This document shows, in pieces, positions 28,401 through 41,198 of a stretch of 64,000 nucleotides of DNA. The number at the start of each line of letters is the position of its first letter. The first letter of the stretch is position 1. The notes beneath the pieces were generated by a model. That model searched no databases and was not told the DNA's origin. It saw only the letters and a program-made list of their open reading frames with translations. Origin of the DNA: Balanoglossus misakiensis (taxonomy: Eukaryota > Animalia > Hemichordata); contig CM082587.2 of assembly GCA_040954595.2 (NCBI GenBank), positions 3,232,275 to 3,296,274 of the forward strand, in the 5' to 3' direction. Made by a program: the position numbers and the translations under genes.

Positions 28401-31400
28401 ACCATATGACATATTTATTCTTTAACGAATGAGTATGTTTTCACACGTATTAATATGATTACAGACAGTAATATCATAAAGTTATTGTAGGTGATGTATC
28501 ATTTTTGGATCCACATTACACATCTTTTTGCTGTCGTCAGTGAATATTGTTTATAAGCTTAAATACATACATACAATTGAAATTATTGGATACATTTTTG
28601 AACTAAACACGATTGTTTGCCACTGTAATTTCAAATTCACCTGGTCCTGATAAGTGTTTATCATCGAGCAAAACAAGAGCTAAACAAAGTTGATGTTTGA
28701 GTAGCATACTTCTTGTCGTGAGAGCTTGTTTGAAAATTTGATATATAAGCCTATAATGGAGGCACGTCCAGGAAATAACTGGCGGAAGATTGATTTACAA
28801 ACTTCCCCTATTGTCGTCGTTCTGTTTTTATTTTGTCCTCTCTATGCAAACGGGTATGTTAGTATCGCGTTCCAAATTTCATCGACCGATCATTTGATCG
28901 TTTTTCGTCTGATCACCCAGAATGAATGCTGTCGCCATTGTAGAATAGTTCGGTTGATGCGAGTCTAGACAACAAATATTCGGCTGCTCAAACAGCTGCA
29001 CTGTCGACATTTAAATTGTCGAGCTGCCAGAGAACCGCAACTTCCTGCTGAGACAGACAACACTTTCAAGAGAGAGGGAAGGAGGGAGGGAATCCATTCA
29101 CACATTTCCAGCTGCAATGTACATGACAGAACACCCAATTCCCAGTCTGACAATGAACTACAAGTCTCAACAACGCAAGGTCAACATCATTTGCTTTCCA
29201 CCAATCAGAGAGAAGCAAAGCGTTAACCTAGCCAGTGGCCACCATGAATTTTAAGTCATAGTTTTCACAACAGAAAATGTTCGTTCTTTTTCCCGAAGCT
29301 GTTGATTCTGACGGAAGCACTATGGTCGTGGAATTGGCAAAGATTGTGCCAATCTAATAGAATCAGGAAAGAAAACAGCATGACTCCTACAGTTTCTGGG
29401 TATTGGCACTGAACGCCTGACTGAAAAATGTGAAAAGTGCAGACAAATAAGCTGAGCATGTGATACTGACAGCGGATGTTGCAACCTTAATTTTGAGGTT
29501 TGATAATTGATACACCACCCTCGTGCGTCAACAACTGCACACAAAGCAGTCTGCCGCAAACAACACACATTTCTGGTCTTCTGAAACTGAAAATGTTTCC
29601 AAGTGCCTGATAAAAAAATTGTTTACAGGAAAGAGAGCACACGACTTGGAGCAAATGCCAGTGCCGGTAGAAAAAAATGCAATTGGCATAAAAGAAGCAC
29701 TCTACTTGTAGAGGCGGGATTGTGCAAACATATCACAAAAAGGTTAACGTGCTTGTAAGTCTACACCAGTTGTACGGTACAGCTAATGTGGTACAAACCT
29801 AACCGCCATTAATTGGATTAGAAAGTAATTCCGCATTGCTTACACGTTTAACTTAATTACAACGGAAAACGCTCGAAGCAAGGAAGAGGAGACCCTCGAC
29901 TAGACTTTGATCTTTAGTTCCATTGTTTTTTCCATACTGCGTCGGAATCAACGCGTTTGTTAACGCAAGGATGATGAGGCGCGTTCATTCAAGGCACGCG
30001 TCCGAGTCATACGCGCATCAATCAAAAGCGTTTGTCATCCTCGCCCACTTTTGTCTCTCAAAAAGTTTGGCATCTCGAAAAAAGAAACAAGTGACTCCAA
30101 TTAGCTGCGGTGCCTACCTTCTCGTGAAATCCGCGGAGCTGCGTCGTAAAGTGGCACAGATCTGGAGAGGAAAACACAGTTGTCACCTGTTTGACTAATA
30201 GACGCCTCTTAAAAGAGCAAGTTCCAAGCAGGCATCAGTCGGCAGATGAGAGTTCCAACTTTGATTTTGTAGCGCGGGTCAAGCGGTCACGTGACCTTCA
30301 TTAGACCTTTCCTCACATTTCCCATGATCCTTTGCAGACTGATCAATCCATCATACACCTGCAGGGCTGTGATTTATTTCATTTATGTTTTCTGCATAAT
30401 TAACTTTCGATTTCTTATTATATTTGCCCGGGAGCTGTAAATGTACGAGCGCTGGCTCCGCGAAGAGACTTTATTTGAATGCGATTCTCACAACATGCAG
30501 CTGTTATAAATTTTATCAGGAAGCAACATTCTTCGGCAAACATTTCATGTATGGAGATGCGCTTCTGGGGGCTTCGCGTTGTCAGTTTTTTTAGCGCCGC
30601 TCACCCGTGACGAAATGCACTGAAAGAGACAGATGTTCGAGTATATAGAAATAAATAATCGCATCGATTGAGCGCTTATCAATGGGCGCATAATGAAGTG
30701 GTGATGAAACCATAGTTTGAACGCGCACAGTCAAGATAACTCACTCAACTTATTTGATGATTTTTTTGTTCTTAAGTGCCTGCGCTCTTGCTAAGAACAT
30801 TTCACTCAAACACACTGACAGTCCCCAGACACCCACACAGAAATTTTTACTGGCTCTTAAGTTGATCGAGCCTAGGACTTGATTTGCTCCGCGCCTGGTT
30901 TAGACCAATTGTATAAGTTTTCAAAAGCTGTGTTCAAGATAGCCCGAGGAACAATCATACACACGGCAGACTATGGAAGCGCATGTGCGTCACTTGAGGT
31001 TTCACATTTTATAAACTACTCACTATCTTTGCGCCTTGTCCAATTATGATAAATCCAGCTAAAAATGTGATTCCAAGCATGCTTTTCAAAAATCAAAAAT
31101 AGAGTAGGCAGGCAGGAAAAATTTTTCTAGATACACAACTTGCTGATAAATATCTTGAAAACATCCAATTATCATATTTTCGAAAACACTTATTAAGACA
31201 AGTGCGTTCTATAAGGACATCTTACTCTATAGATTTGATGTAATTTTGTCAGTTTTCCACTTATTTTCATGAAATCGTGATTTCCGTAACTTCCGATTTA
31301 TTATTTGGCTCTGAAACGGTAAGGATGCAGACTGGTCAGGTTACCCGGGAACAAATTAATTGTTTTGCGCGGCCTAATAATACATCATTTAGTGGATAGA

Positions 31401-34400
31401 TTTCTCGGCTTAATACAGCGTCTCATGTTTGCATGAATTAACTTGGAGATAATTGTAGGGCCTAGCTGAAGATGTGTTTGACAGAAAGAGGGACAGAAGT
31501 GGGTAGAAAGAAAGAGACAAAGAGATAGGCAGAGAGAAATAGTGAAAGTCGCGTGTGGCATGCCAGCCCTCTTCATAGTCCTGCGTGTCTCTGGCGATGT
31601 GTGTAATGTGATTTCACGGCATTGATCATATCAGTGTCGGTACAAGACTGATTAGGCGACGGGCCTTATCCCCCTCTCAATCACACTTTGAAATCGTTAA
31701 AACAACTGTTCACCCGACAATTGTCGACGTTCAGTGTAATTGCTGACCTACGTGGGCAGCGTGCGTGAAAACATACAAGGGCGCGTGTCAGTGACGCACG
31801 CAGTGAAAGTGAAACTCAGTCTTCCTGGTGTCGGTGGCACAATGATTTTTCACGGTTGGGGAACAATGATCTCAAACACAATAAAGGAACAAAAGTCACT
31901 CAACCCGCAAAAACATATTTTAGAGCAGTAGAGGTGGGGGGAAAATCCAAGTTTTTTACTCTTAGCTAGTTAGTGCGCAAGCATGTACGTATTTATGAAC
32001 CACAGTGTGACCAAGGCAGAATCTTAGAACAATTGCAGAGATGTTCAGACAACATGGGAAATGGTAGTACGTGACAGAAGACTGAGAGAAAATATCCTTA
32101 CTTCACCGCTTGTCCATAAAATGTCAGGTTGAGTGTGACAAATGAGCCATTTACCCCCAGAATTCCAGGTATTTGTAATATAAATTTGTGAGCCTGTGTA
32201 TTGTCCGTAATTTTTAAAACTTGTGCTGATGCCTTTTATCGCACAATTCTGATAATGTCAGTTTTTAAGGATACCAGTATATCGTTTTAAGGATACAAAA
32301 TTTTATGGAAGTTTATACAATGGCACGATCACAGATATAGTCACTTGCAAATAAACAACTACTAAGCAACACTTCCACAATTGGACAGACAAAGACAGGC
32401 ATGCAGACAGAAAGTCTGGGTTCGGGTACAGTACCGGGTATGTATTTATTTGAGGACATCGCACCTCGTGGCTCAGCCTAACCGAGTTGGTATTCCACGT
32501 GTTTACAGTGAGTTTATTACCGGAAAGAAAGGGCAAATTATATCAGAAATTGAATTTACCCACGTAGAGCGTCAGCGTTAAATCAAAACCGTGTGAAAAT
32601 GGCAAATGCAAGATGCTAACGATGATCTTCTAAAAACAGGCACACTTCAGCATTTCAGCTGATGGACCGTTTTGATTTGTCGATGGCATTTTCATGCGTC
32701 ATCTGAAACATTTCAGGGAAACAGTGATGTCATCAGTAAGCTGTATGGACAGTGGTGAACTAACATATGTTACACGCATTGCTTTTTTCCAGAACTAAAC
32801 ACGACCAACTCTGTTCTTTCGGCACAACATAAAAATAATCTTTGCTTGAGAACTGAAATATATATACTCTTGGCTTTCATTGTTCTTTTATTGAATGAAG
32901 TGTTTGCAGCCTGCGTTTTTTGATAGATAACCCCTTTCATGCAGTCATGCCATTATTTGTAGCCCTTTCTCAGCAAGACATTTCCTTATTTTCATCGCCA
33001 CCCACACGATAATTCTTCCAGCAGGTGTTCGCGCTGAAGGGAGAAACTATTTCAAATCTGTCTGTAATGTAAATCAAGCCTTCATTGAGTCATTCTTTGA
33101 AGTGTAATGCCTTATTTTTCACATTTTGCAAATTTTGTACCCATATGATTTGTTCGCCTGCATCACTTTACACATGGTTAATGATGATATCATTCATTAC
33201 CGCGAAACGTTCCGTGAAATTTTGCTAATCTCTTCGCAATCAACTCCGTTATCTCAATTTTACCAGAAATGAAAGTATGTGACGTCAACAAGTAATCCAA
33301 ATCCCAGTTGCATCCCACAACTATTAATTCGTCAGTAGTTCAATGGTCTAATGCAGCTGTATAACCAAAGTGTGTCTACTCCCATCGTTTGGTCTCAACA
33401 ATACTGTGCAGCTGGGAATCAAGTTTGCAAACTTCCGGGACGAGAGACTCGCCTTCTATTCTACCTAATGGCTGTTTAAATGCGACTCTTTTCTCTCTCT
33501 CAAAAAGACTCGCCAAAAAAGCAAACTCATTGTCAAAAATAATGATGTTTGCTTTTCCATAAGCGTTATTTCAGGACGACCACAACAGATCATGTGATGA
33601 GTCCATCTCACTGATTGAAAGGCTATGTATCTTCTCTCTGAGCACAATACTTGTATCTTCAACTGCAATGGAATTTGACGGCAGATAAAGAAGAATGTCG
33701 TTAGGAAAGTCGCGGCCCTTTAATCGAGGTTTTCATCCTTCATCCATACTACAACGATCATAATCATACATCCCATTAAAATGGAAACATGTTCAAATCG
33801 ATGGCTCCAAGCAGAGAGAGCAAATACATATCTATCTCGGCATGACCTGCGAGACGTGATCAGCATGCATGTCGTGGTTTAGCGAAAAGATGCAAACAAT
33901 TCTCGACCTTTTCTAATTAAGTTAATTTAAGACATTAAATTTACTCTCTATCCAGAGATGGTGTGTTTTATTACATTCCACGCAGGTACAGAATCGGTGT
34001 CAATGTTTATGTCAAGCATATCAAGATGCAAATCATGAACAACTAGATTAAAACTCGCCAGATAAATTATTCCTCCTCTAACATCATTTTCCTCTGATAA
34101 GAAATAATTCCATATATAGCATGTCCGCAAAGATATTGCATTTCTTGTGCGGATAGTCGCTTTCTTCTGTCTATGACTAATTACCTATCTGTGAGAAAAA
34201 CGCGCTTCCGATTGGCATTGTCAAGATTTGTAATTTGACGCAAAGTCCCGGGTGGACACGAATTGCGCCTGACAATGTTACCTGTATACGATCGGTGTCT
34301 CTTTTGGTCTATCTGTTTTAATGACCGTTGATTTTAGGATTACTCACGGGTAATGGCACACCGATCAGTAGGCGTCGTGGTTCATTTGCGACGAACTATC

Positions 34401-35808
34401 TTTTGTGACAGAAGCTGCCATTTCGAGTAAAATTAATTAACATCAAACACTACGCGTTCAGAGAGCTGCAAGTCCTCACTATTCCTTCACTGACATTTGA
34501 CTCGTTTGTACAAGCAGTGAGCATTTTCCACATAAGTGCGGGACTTCCAAAAAGCAACATTTCAGTAACCTCACATGCATAATTTGATGCACCAAAGGAT
34601 GGATTATTTACATTTCGCTCGTTTAAAATCATAAGATTCACAAAACGAAATGAAATAAAATGTCAAGACAATCATCAAATTGTTTTAGGGGTTGCCTTCG
34701 AACAAACCGACACAACTTTAACTTCTCAAATTTAACACTGAACGAGATAAGTACTTGAAACAAGTCTGAACTTTATCAGCAGGATGGCAATTTACTCATC
34801 AGAACGGCTAAATGGTCTGTTTTGAACCAGTTCTCAGCTTACTGGTCATGGAATTGATAACAACTGACTCCTTTCTAATAAACCACAGTGACTGTTTACA
34901 CAATTTTGATAGCCGATAATTCGGTACACAAGTCTCCTAGGATGATCAATAACAGACTTTGGGGCAATTTGGATAAAAGCGAATACTCCATCTCAGAGTC
35001 CGCTTGTTCGATTGCTTTGAAACTGGGCACGCTAATTTCTAAGGCGATGTAAATCATGTTAGTCAAAATTGTGACTAAATCTGCAATATTGTGGTGCATT
35101 TTGGTCACAAAACTTGATGCAGGTCCTTAGCTGATCGGTCACGTTTTACACCACGACCTGTTTCAGATAACACGTTAGCCTCAAGTGCAAAATTTGATCC
35201 AAAATTGCCATGTAAACTACAGTGCATTTTTGAGTGCTTTTGTCCATCTCAAAAAGTATTCATAGACGATCTTTGCGGTTACATATATAAAATTACAAAT
35301 AAAAGCTACGAGTTCTAATCAATACTGTAGGTTTACGGCTGATGACGTGTGCCTGGCCAAACTATATCCTTTGGCATTAGCGGGCCTGATGGCAAATAAT
35401 CTTAATATAATAAAATAATATCAAGACTACAGAGTGAGCATTGCGGGTATAATTTCATCATTATATCATAATTGTCCTCAAAATATCATTTGTGAATATC
35501 GCTGTCTTATGTGACATTTTAAACTTTTACTGTAATTGATGTAGGATTATAACTGGCGTGGAAAAGAAATGACAAATCGTGTGTTAATTAAAAGTAAATG
35601 GAAAACAGGACATAAAGTTCAACAGCCAGGCTTCATTTGATTTTTATCGCTATTCAGCTCTTATTGTCGATATCCCCATTGATGTGTTGTTAACACTTCC
35701 ATATTGCAGGGAGGATCTCTGTTGGCAATTGACAATTGTCCATACGACAAAGCTATGCAATTATGTGCTGTCTCAATGTCACTGGTTTGAACATTTCGTG
35801 CAACAATG

Positions 35809-35883
35809 GCACCAACACCAACGCAGCCACCACCACCAAAACCACCAACACACCACCCACGTTGCCATCATCATCATCATCAT
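35809..35883 (+). repeat. Degenerate (CCA)n/(CAT)n repeat, related to 1092-1197
   Basis: caccaccaaaaccacc...caccacccacgttgccatcatcatcatcat. Confidence 0.65.
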
Positions 35884-37943
35884 GGAACAAAAATAAACGC
35901 TTCTGGCATGTTAAACACTTTCATCTCAAGTTGCCTGAGTAGAGGTCCAACTTTGCCGTATAAAACAATAGATATGTGGTGAAATAGTTAACAGTAAAGA
36001 CCCTTTGCTATATGTTGGTTGCACACAATACATCAGTGTACTGTATATCATGGCACAAAATGTCCTAAAAGCGGTAGGATGGGGGGGTCAGGTTTTACAA
36101 TGTCGGACAAGGGGGAGGGTCACATTTTAGAGTCCAGGTGTACGCTTAATCACCTCGACCCACCCCCTTGAAAATACTGAAGGCTCCCTAGTTAAAAACG
36201 CACGAGTTCCCTGTGATAATTATAAGGCAGTGTGTCGTCAGTATACTTTTGGAATAAGGTTCCGAGGTCGGATCTCACGATAAATTTTGCCAGAATTTGA
36301 ATGATTGTGGTGACAATTTTGATGAGATATTCGAAATAAATTACTTGGCATTCTGCATGACGAGATAACGACATCTCTTCCATCATTCCGAAGGAAATGT
36401 CAACAAATGTTAACATTTTGCGACACAACTTCTGCGCATGACCTTGTGACACGTCAATCAGTCATCAGAAATAACGATAAAATCGTGGCGAGTAATTACT
36501 TCCACGTGGCATGAGATAATGAGTGTAGAATTGTGAACCTTTCCTTTCTTGGGAGAAACATTGTGATTAACTACAAAAAGATACAACTACGCAGTTATTG
36601 AGTCCATTGACTTTTGGTCTTCGAGTTCGATTTTGATGAGCATTTTTTTCCTGAATTCTCATTACGTCTCATTATCAACGTATTCTACCAAGTTAAAATC
36701 TTCTGTAAGGCCAAGCAATTTTGCTTTTTTTCTCAATGTAGAATTCAGCTGACACTTTCAAAACACACATTTGATAACCAAAAACAACCATTACCACCAC
36801 TCAACACCACCTCATCATCTCAATCTCATCACTTTCTTTCATTTTTGTTTTATTTTCGACAAATAAACAATGTTTTTGAAAATAAGGCAAACAACCATTG
36901 CAAACATTTTGTATTGATGGAAAGCAACAAGGAAAGAAGACAAATCTATATTCAAATATTTAGATTATGACGCGCATAAAACGTCATGAACTTCTAACAT
37001 CACGTAAAACACAATCTCCAACCCCCCAACCCCCATTACTGTTTTCTGTACGTCAATTGAAGTTGTATTATGCCCACCCCCTCTGATGATAACCTCCAAG
37101 ATGAGAAAATATTGAGAGCAGACCACACAATTCATTCTATAATAAGACATTTCATATATCCATGGCAGTGTTATCAATGCGAGGCATAGAGCTTATAACT
37201 AAACCGTGTTGTACGCGATGGCTATCTAACTTTAACCATGGACGTTACATGGCTTAGGATTCTGGTGATCAGTGGACTTAAGCACTCGTAAAAGACAATA
37301 GTGTCGAGAGCACAAACCAGACCAAAAAGTCTACGCCGTTTCAAGCCACCGCTGTTTCACCAGTGCAATATGAAATCATGGTGGGTTTTCAAGGGCTGAC
37401 AGTGGGTGGCATGCACAGATGTAAAAGATAATTCGGTAGCATAGTGATGACCATGTATTTGCGCAAAATCAATTACGACATCGAATTATTCCCTAATTTG
37501 TGCCTCCAAGCGGTGCTGTCGTGACATGCGTGCGGCAATGATCTCGCGTGAAACCAAAATGACGTCAGAGCCAGCTAATGCAACCCTGATCCATTTCAAT
37601 ATCTCGGGGCTACATTTTTTTTACGAAAGGAACTCTGGAAAAGCATGGGGATAAATTGACACCATGTCAAAGGCGAGTAGAAATGGCCCCAAGACATATG
37701 AAATAAAATTTAAAAAGAAATAGATGACGTTGGAGGGCGCACGTAAATGGTGGAAACTAAATCCTTCAGAAAAGGTTAACAAAACAGACGAATGCAACAC
37801 AATACATCAAAAAATAAAAGCATCCGTGGATCATGGTCTACAAAAAATAAAAAAGCACCTTGTGAATGTAACCGACTAAAAGAAGCACATATACACTACT
37901 GCGCATTTACTTAAAGATTCACACATGAGCAATGCGTGAGTGA

Positions 37944-37974
<31 letters not shown>

Positions 37975-38474
37975 TAGTTTATGCAGCAGCTCTGTCAGGA
38001 AAAACTGCAAAATATTTGGACAGCGCCACTTGTGGCAAGGTTTTGAATTTTCACTGTTTTCAGCCAAGGGTATACTCTACTCATTACCTCACATGAACAT
38101 TCATATACCCTTAAACTGCAATAAAAAGTGTTGAAACTCTCAATAACAAGTTTGAGTTGTCACTTTTGTATATATTTTCTGATATTGACCCTTTATGGGC
38201 AAAAAGTGGCCACAAAGTTAATTTCATCTTCATTGAGGTCAATAAGATTGCTTTTTCTGGAATCGACACCAATATTTACATAAAGCGGCCAAAACGGCAA
38301 GTCTGTCTTGAGTGAGGTCAAGAAGACTTTTTTGAATCAGCACCAATTTTTTTTACATAGAATGGACTTTTCAAACCTTCCTCGGCAAAAATTCTTATTA
38401 AATGCACCTAATCTCCTTGGCTACAACACCTTGTGTTTGTTGTTTATGAACAGAACCAGCAGACAAAAAGACAG

Positions 38475-39400
38475 GCACCAAATGGCTTTAAGGAAAGAGA
38501 GAACTTCTTCAAAACACTAAAATTCTTGATACTCAAGCATACAGGTGAGGGTTTGCTACTGATCGGAGGGGATTTCAACACAATCATGAATACAGAAATG
38601 GGTAGAATGGGTACAAAGTGTCATCTAAAGCAATGTAAAAAAATTTAATAGCATGCTAAAATGTCTTAAATTAATTGATATTTGGAGAATACTAAACCCA
38701 AATACTTTATGGTACACAAGGGGGGGGGGGGGGAGTAAAGCTAGGCATTGCAAGCAGAACATTGCTTTTTGTCAAGTATTGATTCTGCAGATATCAGACC
38801 AGCAATCAAAGCTGATCATAAAACCATGTCTTTGAAAATAAATTTAAAACAAAACTTTGGGGAGTACACATGATAGATGTGAATTTAGCAATAAAAGCCT
38901 TAAAATGTAGATGGGTGACAAGACTGGCAATATCTGTTATAATAATCTTGACAAAAGCGGAATAAATAGTATAACCGAAGGACTCCCAGGCTTCTACAAA
39001 CAGATATTACCAAATTGGTTTGAATTTCAGAAAAGTGAAACAAAAATGATACTCATACAGAGTTCTGTTGGAAAAGAAATTATCTAGGGAAATAATTTAA
39101 ATTACAGAAAGAAAATCTTGTTTTAGGTTTCATGCACATGGCAGATTTGGTCACAAATGGAAATTTTATCAAACAGAGAGAACTGTTGGAAAAATTAAAT
39201 TGCAAAAGAAATTGGATTGTACAATACTTGCAGATAAAGCAAGCGATTCCACATCAGTGGGAAAATGTATGATGCTGCCAAAAACCAATCTGAAGGTCAA
39301 CAAAAAGTATTTTTAAAAATCCGTATTGAAAAAGAATTTTGTGAGAAAGTACGTATATTTTTCCTGTAAGGATTTCTATTGGAGATTTGTCAGCAAAATT
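38475..39400 (+). mobile_element. Decayed L1/Tx1-like non-LTR retrotransposon ORF2 remnant
   Basis: APE-endonuclease motifs APN...RENFF, LLIGGDFN, LIDIWRILNP..WYT and ADH (SDH equivalent, ~38811), with frameshifts. Followed by sequence resembling the post-RT region (LPGFYKQIL..W; WIVQYLQIKQAIP..W). Confidence 0.8.
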
Positions 39401-39688
39401 GTGGAAAATCCCCCCCCCCCCCAATACCCGATGAAACGAGGCTAGTTTCCAAGGCTTTTTCAGGAATGACAGTAGAATTAACAGATCTTTTCTCAGACTC
39501 TCGAACCCGGAATAAACCTTACTGTTGAAGAAGACAACCTCCCCATCCTGCGATAAATTCGTATCCCCCATATTCGAGTAGCCATGATAAAATTTACCGG
39601 ACACGACGCTTTCTATGAAAAAAAAACCCTAAAATCGGACTGTCAACACAGAAATCAAATCGGACGATGAATAGCTCTCAAATCACAG

Positions 39689-40105
39689 CAAAAGAAGGCG
39701 ATACAAAAGCCTGAGGTAACGTGTTGAGCTGACCTGCGTTAACAGATCCCGTGAGGAGTACGGTGCCCAGAGTTCAACACGCCCCCCAAACTCCTGTGGC
39801 CTCTTTTGAACACAACTAATACAAGTTTAACGGTTTTTTGTGACAGAAACCCGGACCGTCCCGCCTTTGAATCTGGTAGCACGTACGAGTCTCTCACAAA
39901 CAGCGGGGTCTCGAACACGGCAGAACTCGCCAGAAAGCACGCGACTTGGCGAAAATATCGGCCCCTCACCGACTGCTAAGATAAACACGAATTAGATCTG
40001 GCGATCGGTGACCCGGAGCTGGCTATCAAGTAGGAATAAGGGGGAATAAATCAGGAAAAGTTGCACAGATCCGAAACTCCGTGTTCTCACTTCGAAAGAT
40101 ACCCC
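39689..40105 (-). ncRNA. Unclassified multi-domain structured RNA element (ncRNA or structured UTR)
   Basis: Three consecutive folding domains whose helices rely on many G-U pairs available only on the minus strand (see findings). Confidence 0.5.
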
Positions 40106-40150
40106 TCTTCTGAGCACATGCATGCTAAACATATGAACAAGAACGCGCCT

Positions 40151-40265
40151 CTGATTGGTGTAACAACAAGCCATGATCACTCACCAAGGGCGTGATAGGA
40201 AACTTCCCATATAGTACGTGATATCAGACCATACAAGCCGTCTTAGCAACAGGTACCATGGCAAC
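40151..40265. promoter_or_regulatory. Promoter-like cluster: CCAAT box plus two RFX X-box motifs
   Basis: CCAATCAG on minus (40158-40151); GTCTTAGCAAC 40240-40250; GGTACCATGGCAAC 40252-40265. Confidence 0.45.
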
Positions 40266-40734
40266 ACCATCACGCGAGTGAAACCATACAAGTACACCAT
40301 GCCAAATTAAAACAACGGAACAGTACGATTGCATAGGCCTATAGACACACTTTATTCCCTTAAACCGCAATATTAATGACAGTTTGAATTGTGAAAGTAA
40401 ACTCAATAATAATACGCAATAAAAATAGACCAGCGCTAACATATTTCTTGGTTTTGATTCGGACTGGGTCTGCACGTTGTGTATGTCAGCATTCATGATA
40501 GGCCTAAACCGTTCAAGGTGGTTTAGAAGATTGTCAAGTAGGCCTAATCGCAGATTATGCTGAATTGTGTTTACATTAAATAAGTTTTTAGTTCATCCAA
40601 GGGGATCAAATCACATAAACATTTTTCGATATCACTAAAATGTTCCGTTGAGGCTACTCCAAATGGCTTCACCAAGGCTACGAGCATGCCAACAAAGTTT
40701 TTTTCAGAGAAGATAAACTAATCAGTAACGATCG

Positions 40735-41021
40735 CACTGTCGAAGACACCCAAGGCAACAGAACCAGAACATTGTATGGCGTTTGAATATTTCGGTCAAC
40801 TTTGTAAAATGTCGTTTGCTGTCACGTTTTGCACGCTTACGCCGTACGATTTGACATTTTAAGACATCACTTCAACACCCGCACTGTCAAAGACATTCAG
40901 GCGCTGAGCTAGCAAAAACAGAACATTGTATGGCGTTTGAATCTTTCGGTTTCTATAACTTTGTAAATGCCGCTCTTCTGTCACGTTTTGCACGCTTCCG
41001 CGGCACGACTTCATATTTAAG
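40735..41021 (+). repeat. Two-copy diverged direct repeat (period ~147 bp)
   Basis: cactgtcRaagaca...cagaacattgtatggcgtttgaat...ctgtcacgttttgcacgctt recurs at ~40735 and ~40882. Confidence 0.9.
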
Positions 41022-41124
41022 GCCTATGACCAGCTGCAGTCATGTGCTTATAAAGTGTGTATATGACAATCACACTAGTCTGGTCAGATAGTGAAGGGCT
41101 CGGAGCTGGAGTCCAAGTTGCCCC

Positions 41125-41198
41125 TAGCCTGGTCACCATACCCAGTGTGTTTTATATAGACTCCTTGTAAATACACTGGGTATATGGTGACCAGGCTA
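41125..41198. mobile_element. 74-bp palindromic MITE with TAG...CTA termini (Academ-like)
   Basis: TAGCCTGGTCACCATA-CCCAGTGT ... ACACTGGG-TA-TATGGTGACCAGGCTA inverted repeat. Flanks agttgcccc / cattgcccc resemble a 9-bp TSD (7/9 match). Confidence 0.75.

Noticed and set aside
36078-36192. MITE-like end (..tgaaggctccctag)
   Set aside because: Only one terminus found; no partner TIR or TSD
39600-40140. Telomerase RNA, 7SK, RNase P/MRP, SRP or hammerhead ribozyme as identity of the structured element
   Set aside because: On the structured strand there is no CCCUAA template or clear H box, no paired GAUC/GAUC 7SK stem despite a GAUCGCCAG string, no CR-I/CR-V motifs, no SRP helix 8 and no CUGANGA/GAAA core
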